From positions 1 to 62,431 of the IMG/VR virus record IMGVR_UViG_3300012933_000323: 62,431 nucleotides of DNA; one strand, written 5' to 3'. The stretch comes from a virus. Lineage: Duplodnaviria > Heunggongvirae > Uroviricota > Caudoviricetes. Under the pieces are notes generated by a model. That model was not told the DNA's origin and made no database searches. It was given only the letters and a program-made list of their open reading frames with translations. A program made the position numbers and the translations under genes. Below are positions 1 to 9,733 of the stretch, one piece after another (positions within the stretch are counted from its first letter, which is position 1; each line of letters opens with the position of its first letter).

Positions 1-43
1 CTGGCTTTAATGCTTGTAGTGCTGCTGCTAGATCGTATTTCAT
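1..43 (-). CDS. 5' end of a gene running off the window (MKYDLAAALQALKP...), probable tail-fibre assembly/XkdW-like small protein
   Basis: ATG at 43 with a purine-rich upstream region; below the ORF-track cutoff. The N-terminus resembles small proteins that accompany phage fibre genes. Confidence 0.5.
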   Translation of the reverse strand, partial: MKYDLAAALQALKP

Positions 44-61
44 TTCTGTTTCCTTTTTTTT

Positions 62-412
62 TTAAATTGTTACTTCAACCCATGAAGTTGTTGCTTCGTC
101 CCACTTATAAACTTTGCCATCGTTTGGATGTGCAACTGGTGGATTCCATAAACATGTTTCTTCATCAAGAATCCATGATGGATATGGTTGTGGAGGAATG
201 AATACATCCTTCTCACGATCATATGTGAAACCAATACCTGCGTAATTCTTACGTAGTGGAGTACCACCTTGAGTATGTACTCCACCGTGTGTATTGTATG
301 ATGTTTGAATCCATTCACCTGGAGATGTATCCACGAATGTTTCAAAGAATTCTGGTTCTGCTACAATAACTTGTGTAACTAAACCATTAACTACTTTTGC
401 GAAATGTGCCAT
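62..412 (-). CDS. conserved phage hypothetical protein (MAHFAKV...), fibre-cluster associated
   Basis: 116-aa ORF with RBS; MAHFA start and Trp/Pro-rich C-terminus typical of aquatic-phage proteins next to Gly-rich fibre genes. Confidence 0.75.
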   Translation of the reverse strand: MAHFAKVVNGLVTQVIVAEPEFFETFVDTSPGEWIQTSYNTHGGVHTQGGTPLRKNYAGIGFTYDREKDVFIPPQPYPSWILDEETCLWNPPVAHPNDGKVYKWDEATTSWVEVTI

Positions 413-423
413 TTAATAATTCC

Positions 424-1386
424 TTAAGCTGTAAACGTGCCAGATGTTGTAAATGTATGATATGTATAACCACCAGATGATGTGATTGTTCCACCAGTTC
501 CACGTTGACTACCAGCATAACGAACTATTACAACACCTGAACCACCTGAACCCTGTGATGCACTGCCGTTATATACACCGTTTCCACCGTTTCCGCTATT
601 AGCAGCTTCAGATGTTGGCATACTATTAGAACCACCTTGCCCGCCGCGAGAATAAGTAACACCATTTAACCAAGTAGCACCGGCTCCGCCAACACCACCA
701 GATCCACCACCTGAACCCGTGTTTGTAGAACCAGCACCAGATGCACCACCTCCACCTCCACCAGAAGCAGATACGCCAGAAACACCGCCACCGTTGTACC
801 CTTGACCAGCTGTACCGGCGCCACCGTTGTTTGCATTATTGTAGCCGTTATAGCCACCTCCACCACCAGAGCCACCACTTCTACCTCCGGCACCACCAGA
901 GCCATATCCGCCCCCGCCGCCGCCTAAAGCCGTCGTTAAACTTCCCAATGATGAACTTCCACCATCATTGCCATAACTTAAACTATTAGTTCCGACTGCG
1001 GCACCACCAGCACCAACGGTGACACTGTATGAAGTAGACTTAGACATCAATACAGATGAACTAATATAACCACCGGCACCACCACCACCAGCACCACCTA
1101 AACCGTTTTGGCCACCACCAGATGAACCACCGCCACCAACTACAAGATATTCTGCGGTGTATGGTGCTTGTTGAGCTTGTAACCATACACTCCCATTATA
1201 TGATTCAATATAACCAAGCGTAGAATTAAAACGTGTTTGGCCGATAGCAGCTACGCTTGGTCTTTGAGCTGTTGTGCCAGCTGGTAACTGAAAATATCCA
1301 GTGCTTGTATTATTTTTATCGGACAGCATGGCTGGTGTAACAGCATTAGTACCCAACCCATCTGATGTAATTTTTGTGAATGACAT
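424..1386 (-). CDS. glycine-rich tail-fibre/adhesin-like virion protein
   Basis: LPAGTTAQRP...RFN module, then poly-Gly tracts and a GSGVVIVRY...YTYHTFTTSGTFTA end; late promoter at 1406-1413. Confidence 0.7.
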   Translation of the reverse strand: MSFTKITSDGLGTNAVTPAMLSDKNNTSTGYFQLPAGTTAQRPSVAAIGQTRFNSTLGYIESYNGSVWLQAQQAPYTAEYLVVGGGGSSGGGQNGLGGAGGGGAGGYISSSVLMSKSTSYSVTVGAGGAAVGTNSLSYGNDGGSSSLGSLTTALGGGGGGYGSGGAGGRSGGSGGGGGYNGYNNANNGGAGTAGQGYNGGGVSGVSASGGGGGGASGAGSTNTGSGGGSGGVGGAGATWLNGVTYSRGGQGGSNSMPTSEAANSGNGGNGVYNGSASQGSGGSGVVIVRYAGSQRGTGGTITSSGGYTYHTFTTSGTFTA

Positions 1387-1405
1387 GAATATCCTTTTTC
1401 GATAT

Positions 1406-1413
1406 TATTTATA
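1406..1413 (-). promoter_or_regulatory. T4-type late promoter TATAAATA
   Basis: Exact TATAAATA on the minus strand 20 nt upstream of the 1386 start. Confidence 0.75.
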
Positions 1414-1422
1414 TTGAGTTTA

Positions 1423-2568
1423 TTAACCGATTAAGTGACCCATAAAACGAGTATAAAGACCGCTGCCGTACAATGTAGTAGCAGCATTACCACTAGATGT
1501 CCATGAACATTCAACATAATCACCAACTGCTAATGTGCCTAGCCAACTAACAGAGTTTGAACTCCATTGTTCAGCGTACCCTTGTGAATCACGCCCATAC
1601 GGATTATTATATGCGACCGCTGTGCCGTTTTTAAAGATTTGGAATGTAATATCACCACCTTCATGATGATACATATGATCAAACGTAAATTTATATACAC
1701 CAGCAACCGGCGCAGTAAATCTAGAACCATTCCAACTATTAGAACGATCTAACACGGTATTACTGAATGATACTATACCTGCGCCAGTAGACGCATTAAC
1801 TGAACCCGCTTGCTTTACCGCAAAGAATGCAGGTTGTTTCGGCATTGTAATCATACCGGTGTCAGTCATATTCCAACATACTGGATATGCCGATAGTGCT
1901 TGCGGAGAACTGTTTGTACCAAACTTTAGCGTACGAATTTCAAGGCCACCATTGCCACCAGAAGGCATGCCCATGATAACACCACCCGCGGTACTATCAC
2001 CAGTCCATTGTGGAGTATAATTACCAGCATTATCTGGAATAGCGTTCCACGTGATCTGATCGTTGTTGGATGGTCCTTTACCAATAGACAAATATGAGTT
2101 ATGTCTATGCACACCGCTCATACTATCACCAGCTTTATTAACAGGTGTGTAACCGATATTACTTACCGCAGATCCAGATGCAAGTTTTGTTGATGTAATT
2201 GCATTATTTGCAATCTTGGATGTTGTTACAGAACTATCGGCAAGCTTGGCTGATGTCACGCTGTTGTCGGTAATAGTATTTGCGACACCGCCAACAGCAC
2301 CAAACATCGTAATGAAACATGTACTACCGATTGGTGGCACCGCGATAAATTGAATCTGTGATCCGCCATTTCCTAATGTGTAAGATACTAATGGTTCTTG
2401 CACAACACCGTTCACTGATACTAACAACTGATTAGCATCGCCAACTTGAACTGAACTTCCGTTAAACTTCAATGCGAATAGAGATGTAACACCATCAAAT
2501 AAACTAGCGATAGAATCTAACTTTTTAAACTCGCCTTGTGTAGGTGCATTTCCAATATAATTTGCCAT
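1423..2568 (-). CDS. virion protein with C-terminal C1q-like domain
   Basis: C-terminus PKQPAFFA...VSFSNTVLDRSNSWNGSRFTAPVAGVYKF matches the C1q/TNF signature (PAF...F...FTAPVxGxYxF). Confidence 0.7.
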   Translation of the reverse strand: MANYIGNAPTQGEFKKLDSIASLFDGVTSLFALKFNGSSVQVGDANQLLVSVNGVVQEPLVSYTLGNGGSQIQFIAVPPIGSTCFITMFGAVGGVANTITDNSVTSAKLADSSVTTSKIANNAITSTKLASGSAVSNIGYTPVNKAGDSMSGVHRHNSYLSIGKGPSNNDQITWNAIPDNAGNYTPQWTGDSTAGGVIMGMPSGGNGGLEIRTLKFGTNSSPQALSAYPVCWNMTDTGMITMPKQPAFFAVKQAGSVNASTGAGIVSFSNTVLDRSNSWNGSRFTAPVAGVYKFTFDHMYHHEGGDITFQIFKNGTAVAYNNPYGRDSQGYAEQWSSNSVSWLGTLAVGDYVECSWTSSGNAATTLYGSGLYTRFMGHLIG

Positions 2569-2592
2569 TGGTTATTCCTTTTTTATTATTTA

Positions 2593-3960
2593 TTAAGCGG
2601 TGAATGTGCCAGATGATGTAAACTTGTGATATGTGTAACCACCAGAACTATAGACAGTACCGCCTAATGCTTTTTGCGAACCAGTGTATCTTATGATAAC
2701 AAGACCTGAACCACCAGCCGCACCTCTATAATGCAAGTCTGTAGAATTATTATCACCAGTATCGGCTCCGCCGCCACCGCCACCCATGTTAGCATAACCA
2801 GCTTCAGGGTATCTACCACCTTGTACACCAGCATCACCACCGCCACCTAAACCGCCAAGTGCAATTGATGCACCACCGCTACGGGTACCAGCCCCGCCAC
2901 CACCAGCAATATAATTGCTTTCGCCGGCAGACGTTGCAGATAGCCATGTAGAATGTGTATTAGATCCAATACCGCCACTACCACCAAGTTGTGGTTCTCC
3001 GTTTGTAGTACCTGTACCACCAGCTCCGCCACCACCGCCACCATATTGGTTACTTCCAGTAGAAACACCAGCATAACCTTGACCGGAAGTTCCAGAACCG
3101 CCAGAACTACCAGGCCAAGCGGCACCACCACCCGAACCACCTGAGCGACCATTAGCTGCACCACCAGCAGTAAGGTTTCTAGAACCAGCACCACCGCCAC
3201 CAATAGCATTAATAAGCGAAGTAGCGCTAAGAATTACAGAAGATGCACCACCGTCAGAACCTTGCGTGTAGATATCATTTGAACCTGAACCGCCAGCACC
3301 AACATTAATTGTAAGCGAAGCACCACTGGAGATACCTATTGCGTTTGTTACAATAAGACCACCAGCACCACCGCCACCACCGTAATAACCTGCGCCACCA
3401 CCTCCACCGCCAGCAACTGCTAAAATATCAATTGTGTATGGGACACCTTGTGCGTATTTAATCCAACTACTACTTGTAGCATGATACCATTCAGGAGAGT
3501 TAATATCTGTGTTAAACCTAGTCATACCATTTGTAGGTGATGATGGGCGCTGCGCACTTGTGCCAACTGGTAATGTTGCAGCACCAGTGGCTGAAGTCAC
3601 CCCAACTTTTAACGCTAACGCAGTATTAACAGTAACAATCTTACCATCAATTTCAGATTTTGTGTAACCATCATATAAGATAGCTTCAGGGTCTGTGCTG
3701 ATGGTGATCTCATCATTAAGATCAGCGCCAAGTACTAATGTAATACTACCAGCACCAACTGTATAGTCATCAACTGGTAATAACAATACACCGTTAGCAA
3801 AAACAAATACATGATCACCTTCTAGGCAATCTAAAATTTGTCCAAGTTTATCTGCTCCAGTAAAAATTGTTTGATTAGCTGATGTTGCATTAAAAACAAA
3901 TGTTTTTCGTGTTTTGGAAACAACGACCGATGAATTTAAATCATTGCCTAAGTAACCCAT
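2593..3960 (-). CDS. glycine-rich tail-fibre/adhesin-like protein, paralogue of 424-1386
   Basis: Same LPxGTxAQRP...RFN module, poly-Gly domain and near-identical C-terminus (GGYTYHKFTSSGTFTA). Confidence 0.7.
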   Translation of the reverse strand: MGYLGNDLNSSVVVSKTRKTFVFNATSANQTIFTGADKLGQILDCLEGDHVFVFANGVLLLPVDDYTVGAGSITLVLGADLNDEITISTDPEAILYDGYTKSEIDGKIVTVNTALALKVGVTSATGAATLPVGTSAQRPSSPTNGMTRFNTDINSPEWYHATSSSWIKYAQGVPYTIDILAVAGGGGGGAGYYGGGGGAGGLIVTNAIGISSGASLTINVGAGGSGSNDIYTQGSDGGASSVILSATSLINAIGGGGAGSRNLTAGGAANGRSGGSGGGAAWPGSSGGSGTSGQGYAGVSTGSNQYGGGGGGAGGTGTTNGEPQLGGSGGIGSNTHSTWLSATSAGESNYIAGGGGAGTRSGGASIALGGLGGGGDAGVQGGRYPEAGYANMGGGGGGADTGDNNSTDLHYRGAAGGSGLVIIRYTGSQKALGGTVYSSGGYTYHKFTSSGTFTA

Positions 3961-4295
3961 TATACTGTCTCCATAATGCTCATAGTCGTATCTAATGAAT
4001 TCGCAACATCAGTTTGAACTTTTAATACATCACCTGCATTCAGAACGATCTTATTACCGGACATAACTTCAACGGCTGAACCAGTAGGAATCGGAATGTT
4101 CTTTAAAAAGTTAACATCGTCACCATCAAAGTTATCAATCTTAACCGTTACGTAAATTGTACTATTTCCGTTATTGGTTAATGTTAATCCTAGAACAACC
4201 GTAGTTGTATCATTTGGAACTGTGTAAACAGTCATCGGTGTGTTCGCAGCAGTTGTTGCTCCATTGAACGTCTTAAGTTTAAATGAATTTGCCAT
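3960..4295 (-). CDS. small beta-rich virion structural protein
   Basis: MANSFK...VYTVP...VVLGLTLTN...IVLNAGDVLKV pattern typical of aquatic myovirus fibre clusters. Confidence 0.65.
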   Translation of the reverse strand: MANSFKLKTFNGATTAANTPMTVYTVPNDTTTVVLGLTLTNNGNSTIYVTVKIDNFDGDDVNFLKNIPIPTGSAVEVMSGNKIVLNAGDVLKVQTDVANSLDTTMSIMETV

Positions 4296-4304
4296 AGTTA
4301 ATCC

Positions 4305-5624
4305 TTATCCAAGCGCAATCGCTAGTGCGACGGCTTCGTCAATTGCTTGTTGTTTTGCATCGCTAATATTATTTGTTACAGTTTGTACATAACTTCCATC
4401 GTTTCCGATTGCATCAGCAAGTTCCTTCAATGTATCAAGAACTCCAGGGGCGCCGTTGATTAATCCATTGATTGCAGTGTTAATCATTTCTTGTGTATGA
4501 GGAATGAAAGCATGTTCATCATAAGCGTTACATCTTACGAAGATCGTACCGTTAACTGGATGAGCATTTAGCACAAACGCAATAGGCATGCTAATCTGCG
4601 ATGTCGTTGGATCAATATTTGTTAAAGCACCGCTATCATTTGGTTTTAAATAAAGCACGGTGCCGTCAGACCATGTTTCACCCTGAGCTGAACCGCTTGT
4701 ATTGATCTGACGAACTTTACCAAATGTTGTAACAAATCCATCAAAACCTGGTTGAATATCTTCTGTGGCAACCCCAACGATATAACGAGCAAATGCCTGT
4801 TGACCATTATGTGGTGCAACAGTAATTCTACCAGAATTACCAATACTTCCGGTTGCCATTAAGACTGTACCGTTAGTAATTAAAGTGCTTGTGTTATTTC
4901 GTACACGAACTAGTTGTTCTTGGCCGACTTGAAGAGTTGCGCCATTCAATAGAATGTCTAATGTTTGTTCATCAGGATTCCAAGCAACACCACCAGTTGT
5001 TAGTGGTACGCTTGGTCCAGTTAAACTGAATTGAATCTGTGAAGTACTTACAATCGTATTCTGAATACCAGAAATATCAATACTAATAGTGCTTGCGTCA
5101 TTTAGTACAAGTGTTAATGTGTTTTGTGAAACAGAACCGCTCGTCACAAATTTGTCAGTGTTATCTAATAACGTACTGACATCTATATCAACTGTGCTTG
5201 AATCGTTTAATGTTAAAACTAACGAATTGCCTAAAACACCACCTGAAACTACAAATTTATCTGTGTTATCAAGTAATGATTGTACATCAATATTGATAGT
5301 CGTGCTATCATTTAATGTAAGCGTTAGAGTACCGCCTTGAACGTGACCTGATGTTACGAACTTATCGGTATTGTCTAGATATTTGCTGAGATCAATGTTT
5401 GTTGCACTGTTATTCTCATCTAGAAAGGTTAGAGTGTTACCGGTTAAAGCTAGTGATGTAACTACTTCCGGTACGGATGCAAGGGCTTTAACCTCGTCTA
5501 ATGCATCCTTTAAATTGGTTGCTGAAAGGCCACTGGTTGTATTGTCGTATGCGATGTTCTGAGTACCATCGACAATCTTATCAATGAGCTTAATGTCTTT
5601 TACATTTTCTTTATTGATACTCAT
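4305..5624 (-). CDS. fibre-like structural protein with ~35-aa tandem repeats
   Basis: LDNTDKFV(T/V)SG repeats; C-terminal APGVLDTLKELADAIGND fibre motif. Confidence 0.65.
   Translation of the reverse strand: MSINKENVKDIKLIDKIVDGTQNIAYDNTTSGLSATNLKDALDEVKALASVPEVVTSLALTGNTLTFLDENNSATNIDLSKYLDNTDKFVTSGHVQGGTLTLTLNDSTTINIDVQSLLDNTDKFVVSGGVLGNSLVLTLNDSSTVDIDVSTLLDNTDKFVTSGSVSQNTLTLVLNDASTISIDISGIQNTIVSTSQIQFSLTGPSVPLTTGGVAWNPDEQTLDILLNGATLQVGQEQLVRVRNNTSTLITNGTVLMATGSIGNSGRITVAPHNGQQAFARYIVGVATEDIQPGFDGFVTTFGKVRQINTSGSAQGETWSDGTVLYLKPNDSGALTNIDPTTSQISMPIAFVLNAHPVNGTIFVRCNAYDEHAFIPHTQEMINTAINGLINGAPGVLDTLKELADAIGNDGSYVQTVTNNISDAKQQAIDEAVALAIALG
5075..5430 (-). repeat. tandem ~105-bp coding repeats (LDNTDKFVxSG..TLTLxLNDxxTIxIDVxxL)
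   Basis: Three complete LDNTDKFV units plus a degenerate leading unit in the 439-aa protein; boundaries approximate. Confidence 0.7.
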
Positions 5625-5643
5625 TTAGATCCTCTTTTGGTAT

Positions 5644-5651
5644 TATTTATA
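5644..5651 (-). promoter_or_regulatory. T4-type late promoter TATAAATA
   Basis: Exact match upstream of the 5624 start. Confidence 0.75.
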
Positions 5652-5676
5652 CTTTCAAGAGGATCTATTATAAGAA

Positions 5677-5979
5677 CTAAGGCTTAGGATACTTATCTTT
5701 AATTGCTTGGATTTGTGCAGCCATTTCAGGTGGAAATACTCCAGCATGAAATAACGCATCTAATTGGTCGCCAATTGATGGGTATTCACCAGCGCGATTT
5801 ACACGTACTACGTTTGTTTGACTTGCTTTAATTGCATCAATTTTATTTTCTAAAAATTCTCTTGATGGCTTTTCAGTAGAATCATTCCAAACTAATGTGT
5901 CATAATCAAATGCATCAGTGATAGTGTAATCGCTTGATGCATATTTCCAATCTAAAATTTCTTTATAGTTATACATCAT
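5677..5979 (-). CDS. tail-fibre assembly/chaperone-like protein (XkdW-like)
   Basis: YDTLVWND..EKPS and R..EYPSIGDQLDALFH motifs; start moved to 5979 (ATGA overlap with the upstream fibre stop). Confidence 0.65.
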   Translation of the reverse strand: MMYNYKEILDWKYASSDYTITDAFDYDTLVWNDSTEKPSREFLENKIDAIKASQTNVVRVNRAGEYPSIGDQLDALFHAGVFPPEMAAQIQAIKDKYPKP

Positions 5980-7796
5980 TTGATCCACATCCATAAGTTA
6001 GTGTTGTTACCTTGTGTACCTACTTGGTTATTCATATTATTAGTACCACTAGTACCACCCCATGCACAAAGCGTGCCATCATCATAACCATACTTTGCAT
6101 TAGCATATGTGCAATCTTGCCCAGCACCAGTGGATGTATCTCCACCAAAAGTGATCGCAAGTGTACCGTCTTGGCGCATATTTGTCCCTAAGGTAATTCC
6201 TGGGGAAGTTAATCCACTATACCAATCACGCCATTCTTCAGTGCCGGTTGACCCGCTTGTGCCGCTATCAGACAAGTTTGCCCATACCTGATAGTTTGCA
6301 GTATAACCAAATTTTAAATTATAAGCAAAACTAAATTGGCGTAGACTATTACGTGGTAATGCTGCCCCGGCATTCACCGTACTTGAGTTGTAATGTGTAT
6401 TAACACCTGCACCAGCTGCCCACACTGTCTTCCACTGAATCGGTGATGACCAATAATAGTAGAAGTCTGCGTCAGAAGAAGCTGAGGCTAAATCAATTGA
6501 TGTAGCAACCTTAACACGCATGTGTTGCATGTTCATATTTCCAAAATTACTACTAAAACAGTTTAACGCCGTTGACCCAAATACTGCGCTAGATGATGTG
6601 CTATCTTTTGTCCATTCTGACGCATTTACCCATGAACCAACCAGCATCCAACCACCTTTACCGTCTTGACCTACTGTATCAAGATCACAATAAACTTGGA
6701 TCGGTGTACCATCTGCTCGTTGAATCCAGAATAAGCCTTTACCTCGAATACCCAAATCCCAAATAGCAGTTGCGCTCGTGGCAGCAGATGCAAAACTAGA
6801 ACCATCCTTTGCACCAATGAGTGACCATGTAGTTCCAGTGTAAACTTCTACAGCGTTGGCAGTGGTGTTAAATCGTGTATTACCTGAGGCCGGTGAAGCA
6901 GGGCGTTGGGCGAGTGTGCCAGCTGGTAAATCAAAATAACCAGTAGAAGTATTTACTTTGTCAGATACATTAGTTGGTGTTAAGTCTGTTAGGTTGGCTT
7001 TTAAATCCAATGCTGTATTTAACGTTGTAGTATTTACATAGTTATTTGCAGTTAAGTATGTTTGAACTTTACTATCTGCATATGCTGAGATAATAATATC
7101 ACCAGCACCTAAGATGCTAGTGCCATTAACAGTCTTAATTGTTGTCCATTGCGCTTCGTATGTATTTGGCGCAGCAATAATTTGACCAGTCTGACCGTAT
7201 ACACCACCTAATCTAATTCTATTAGTGATGATATCACCTAGTGCTTTAATATACCAACCAACAACCATACCAGGATTGTCGGTATCATTCTCGTCCATAC
7301 CAATGTTTACGTATGGATAACCTTGGTTTACTGCGCCAACTCTCATGTGGCCGTTGTAATAATTACCAGGATCTTTAACTTCAAACAAACCGTTAACTGT
7401 TACATTCCCGGTAAATGTGCCACCACTTAGGTTAGCTTTACCAGCAACCATATTGGTAATAGATGTCGCAAAATTGGGATCATCATTTAATGCTGCGGCA
7501 AGTTCATTCAATGTGTTCAGTGTACCTGGTGCAGAATCAACAAGACCCGCCACAGCTGCACTAACTTGTACTAATGTTTGATAACCTGAGTCATTTGTTA
7601 GTTGTGATACTAATGTTGGTTGTGTAATCGTTGCCCACGATGCATCAGCACCATTTGTGGTTAGATATTTACCTGTTTGATTAACTTGTGATGGAAGCGC
7701 ATCAAAATTAGTTACATCTGTCTGTAACTGCGTAACGCTTGCTTCAATCACATCGATCTTTTTAACGTCTGCTAATAAGTCTCTTACTTGTGCCAT
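5976..7796 (-). CDS. tail fibre with C-terminal fibrinogen-like (FReD) domain
   Basis: N-terminal DSAPGTLNTLNELAAAL fibre motif; IQVYCDLDTVGQDGKGGWMLV matches the fibrinogen-like VYCD..GGW signature. Confidence 0.7.
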   Translation of the reverse strand: MAQVRDLLADVKKIDVIEASVTQLQTDVTNFDALPSQVNQTGKYLTTNGADASWATITQPTLVSQLTNDSGYQTLVQVSAAVAGLVDSAPGTLNTLNELAAALNDDPNFATSITNMVAGKANLSGGTFTGNVTVNGLFEVKDPGNYYNGHMRVGAVNQGYPYVNIGMDENDTDNPGMVVGWYIKALGDIITNRIRLGGVYGQTGQIIAAPNTYEAQWTTIKTVNGTSILGAGDIIISAYADSKVQTYLTANNYVNTTTLNTALDLKANLTDLTPTNVSDKVNTSTGYFDLPAGTLAQRPASPASGNTRFNTTANAVEVYTGTTWSLIGAKDGSSFASAATSATAIWDLGIRGKGLFWIQRADGTPIQVYCDLDTVGQDGKGGWMLVGSWVNASEWTKDSTSSSAVFGSTALNCFSSNFGNMNMQHMRVKVATSIDLASASSDADFYYYWSSPIQWKTVWAAGAGVNTHYNSSTVNAGAALPRNSLRQFSFAYNLKFGYTANYQVWANLSDSGTSGSTGTEEWRDWYSGLTSPGITLGTNMRQDGTLAITFGGDTSTGAGQDCTYANAKYGYDDGTLCAWGGTSGTNNMNNQVGTQGNNTNLWMWIK

Positions 7797-7809
7797 TATT
7801 GACCTCTAA

Positions 7810-8091
7810 TTATTGCACTAACTGTGCGCCTGCATCCATCTCTGCCTGTAGACGTGCATTACGTTCAGCAGCAGTTTCAATGTCAGCAGCAAGGACAATA
7901 TCTTCTTTTGAACCAGTTATAGGTTCGCCGGCTTGTAGTTTACGCTGTACTTCTGCATTAACGATCTCGTCAATAGCAATTCTGCAGCGCTCGTGAATTG
8001 CATTATCAATCCAATCTTGCTGTGATAATGCTATAGCGCTAAGAGCTTTGTCTTCAGCATCTGTTAATGTAATTGTATAAGTTTTTGACAT
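7810..8091 (-). CDS. conserved phage hypothetical protein
   Basis: 93-aa ORF with RBS, directly after the late promoter at 8122. Confidence 0.75.
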   Translation of the reverse strand: MSKTYTITLTDAEDKALSAIALSQQDWIDNAIHERCRIAIDEIVNAEVQRKLQAGEPITGSKEDIVLAADIETAAERNARLQAEMDAGAQLVQ

Positions 8092-8121
8092 ATTAATCTT
8101 CCGTTCAACGTTAGTTTTAGA

Positions 8122-8129
8122 TATTTATA
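8122..8129 (-). promoter_or_regulatory. T4-type late promoter TATAAATA
   Basis: Exact match upstream of 8091. Confidence 0.75.
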
Positions 8130-8130
8130 A

Positions 8131-9006
8131 TTACAGGAAAGTTATAATCAATGCTACAATTATTAATGATCCACATAGCAAGCCGATTGCCTTATAGAAT
8201 TCTAAAATAGGTGTATCAAAATATGTTTTACCAACAGTAAAACACTTGTGTGTTGGCGAGAACATATAACCAGCGTAATCGACGGCTAAGAATAGCGGTA
8301 AAAATTTAATACCGAATATCTTAGTTAATAGTGCTACGAACCCTGCATATTTACCTGAAGAACCCATCGCAAAACTAAATAAGAAACTTAGTACAGTAGC
8401 AACGGCAATAGATCCGCTATTTACAACTAAATCAATCATCTCTTTATCAAAAACTTTAATGTAATTACCTAAAATAATCACACCGGTAACCCAAGCCAAG
8501 ACTTTCCAATTAATCCATTGTGTATGTTTACCGCAGCAATGTTCGTGTTCTTCAATATCGATTGCGATATCATCTTCTTTTAATATAAAGAAAATGTAGA
8601 ATAGACTTACCGCCAAACACGTTACAATCAACGGCCACACAACAGAAATAAATCCTAAGTAACCTAAACCAAGAACAGCCATTGGTAAAATGACTGTTTT
8701 TTCCAACGGCGACCAGAAGTAATAATGGTGTGTACTCAGGTAATCAATGATACCGTATAATCTTCGCCTCTTATCTCGTGGTGCAATAGTATCTAAGAAA
8801 CCAGCTGATACAGTCACTCGTCCCTCAATTGGTAAAATACCAGAGATGGCGCTGATAATAACTACTACCGCTCGTTTAGATTTTACGTTCTTCGCAATCC
8901 AACGATAAACCGGCATAAAGATCCCAGTTTCTTTTGCCCATCCGGACATAATCATAATGAATGCTAGGTACGGGATGTACCAAAGACCTGCTAATAAAAA
9001 TTCCAT
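8131..9006 (-). CDS. polytopic membrane protein, ion-transporter-superfamily-like (DUF401/SLC13-like)
   Basis: About nine hydrophobic segments; ISGILPIEGR and FWSPLEK / MFSPTHKC paired motifs. Start reassigned to MEFLLAG at 9006. Confidence 0.6.
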   Translation of the reverse strand: MEFLLAGLWYIPYLAFIMIMSGWAKETGIFMPVYRWIAKNVKSKRAVVVIISAISGILPIEGRVTVSAGFLDTIAPRDKRRRLYGIIDYLSTHHYYFWSPLEKTVILPMAVLGLGYLGFISVVWPLIVTCLAVSLFYIFFILKEDDIAIDIEEHEHCCGKHTQWINWKVLAWVTGVIILGNYIKVFDKEMIDLVVNSGSIAVATVLSFLFSFAMGSSGKYAGFVALLTKIFGIKFLPLFLAVDYAGYMFSPTHKCFTVGKTYFDTPILEFYKAIGLLCGSLIIVALIITFL

Positions 9007-9007
9007 G

Positions 9008-9733
9008 TTATTTCCAAAAATGAATAGGACACTTCGGCTTATAGTGTTCTTCGTAAGCCTCTTTTGTCTTTTTACGATTAAAGATAAATGAGAAAGCATT
9101 TAAATACTTTTTCTTCTTTACCCATAATCTATCGTGATCGTTAATGTTGCGAACAATCAACTCGTATTTATCACTTGTCATTGGGATGATATGAACCAAC
9201 GGTGTACCAGCTTTAATAACACCAAGATGGTTGACATACCCTTGAATATTAACTTCACTACTTACAGACGGATCTAATATACCAGTTGTTGATTCAAACA
9301 TAAAGTTATCGCTGTAAGAAATTGGTAACATTAATAATTTCATACCTTTTGGCGCAACTATATGCCAAGGTGTGTTAATCTTTAAAATATCTGAATGGGA
9401 CCATGGGCGTTGAGGTAGAAACTTTGCAATTTCATGGCCACCCTGGACTTGAACTGGCGGACAGCCTAGCATGTCTTCCAAGTCAGCGCTGGGCGCATAT
9501 CCGATAAGCCTATCATTTTGGCTTTGTACATCAATATCATGCCAAGCCTTAATAATAAATCCTGTTGTTAAAATATCAACAATCCCAGGACACTTATAAA
9601 CACTTGGCATTGATTTATTGGAGATATATTCTTGCTTTGCTAAACCGATCCATGATGGTAGACATTCTTTAGCATGTTGAACCGGGAAGGCGTCTACAAC
9701 GCCGTCAATACTTGAATAAAATTCTATCTTCAT
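9008..9733 (-). CDS. DUF6065-like (dUTPase-like beta-fold) hypothetical protein
   Basis: CPGIVDILTTGFII, KINTPWHI, GILD and IKAGTPLVHIIP motifs; start reassigned to MKIEFY at 9733. Confidence 0.55.
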   Translation of the reverse strand: MKIEFYSSIDGVVDAFPVQHAKECLPSWIGLAKQEYISNKSMPSVYKCPGIVDILTTGFIIKAWHDIDVQSQNDRLIGYAPSADLEDMLGCPPVQVQGGHEIAKFLPQRPWSHSDILKINTPWHIVAPKGMKLLMLPISYSDNFMFESTTGILDPSVSSEVNIQGYVNHLGVIKAGTPLVHIIPMTSDKYELIVRNINDHDRLWVKKKKYLNAFSFIFNRKKTKEAYEEHYKPKCPIHFWK

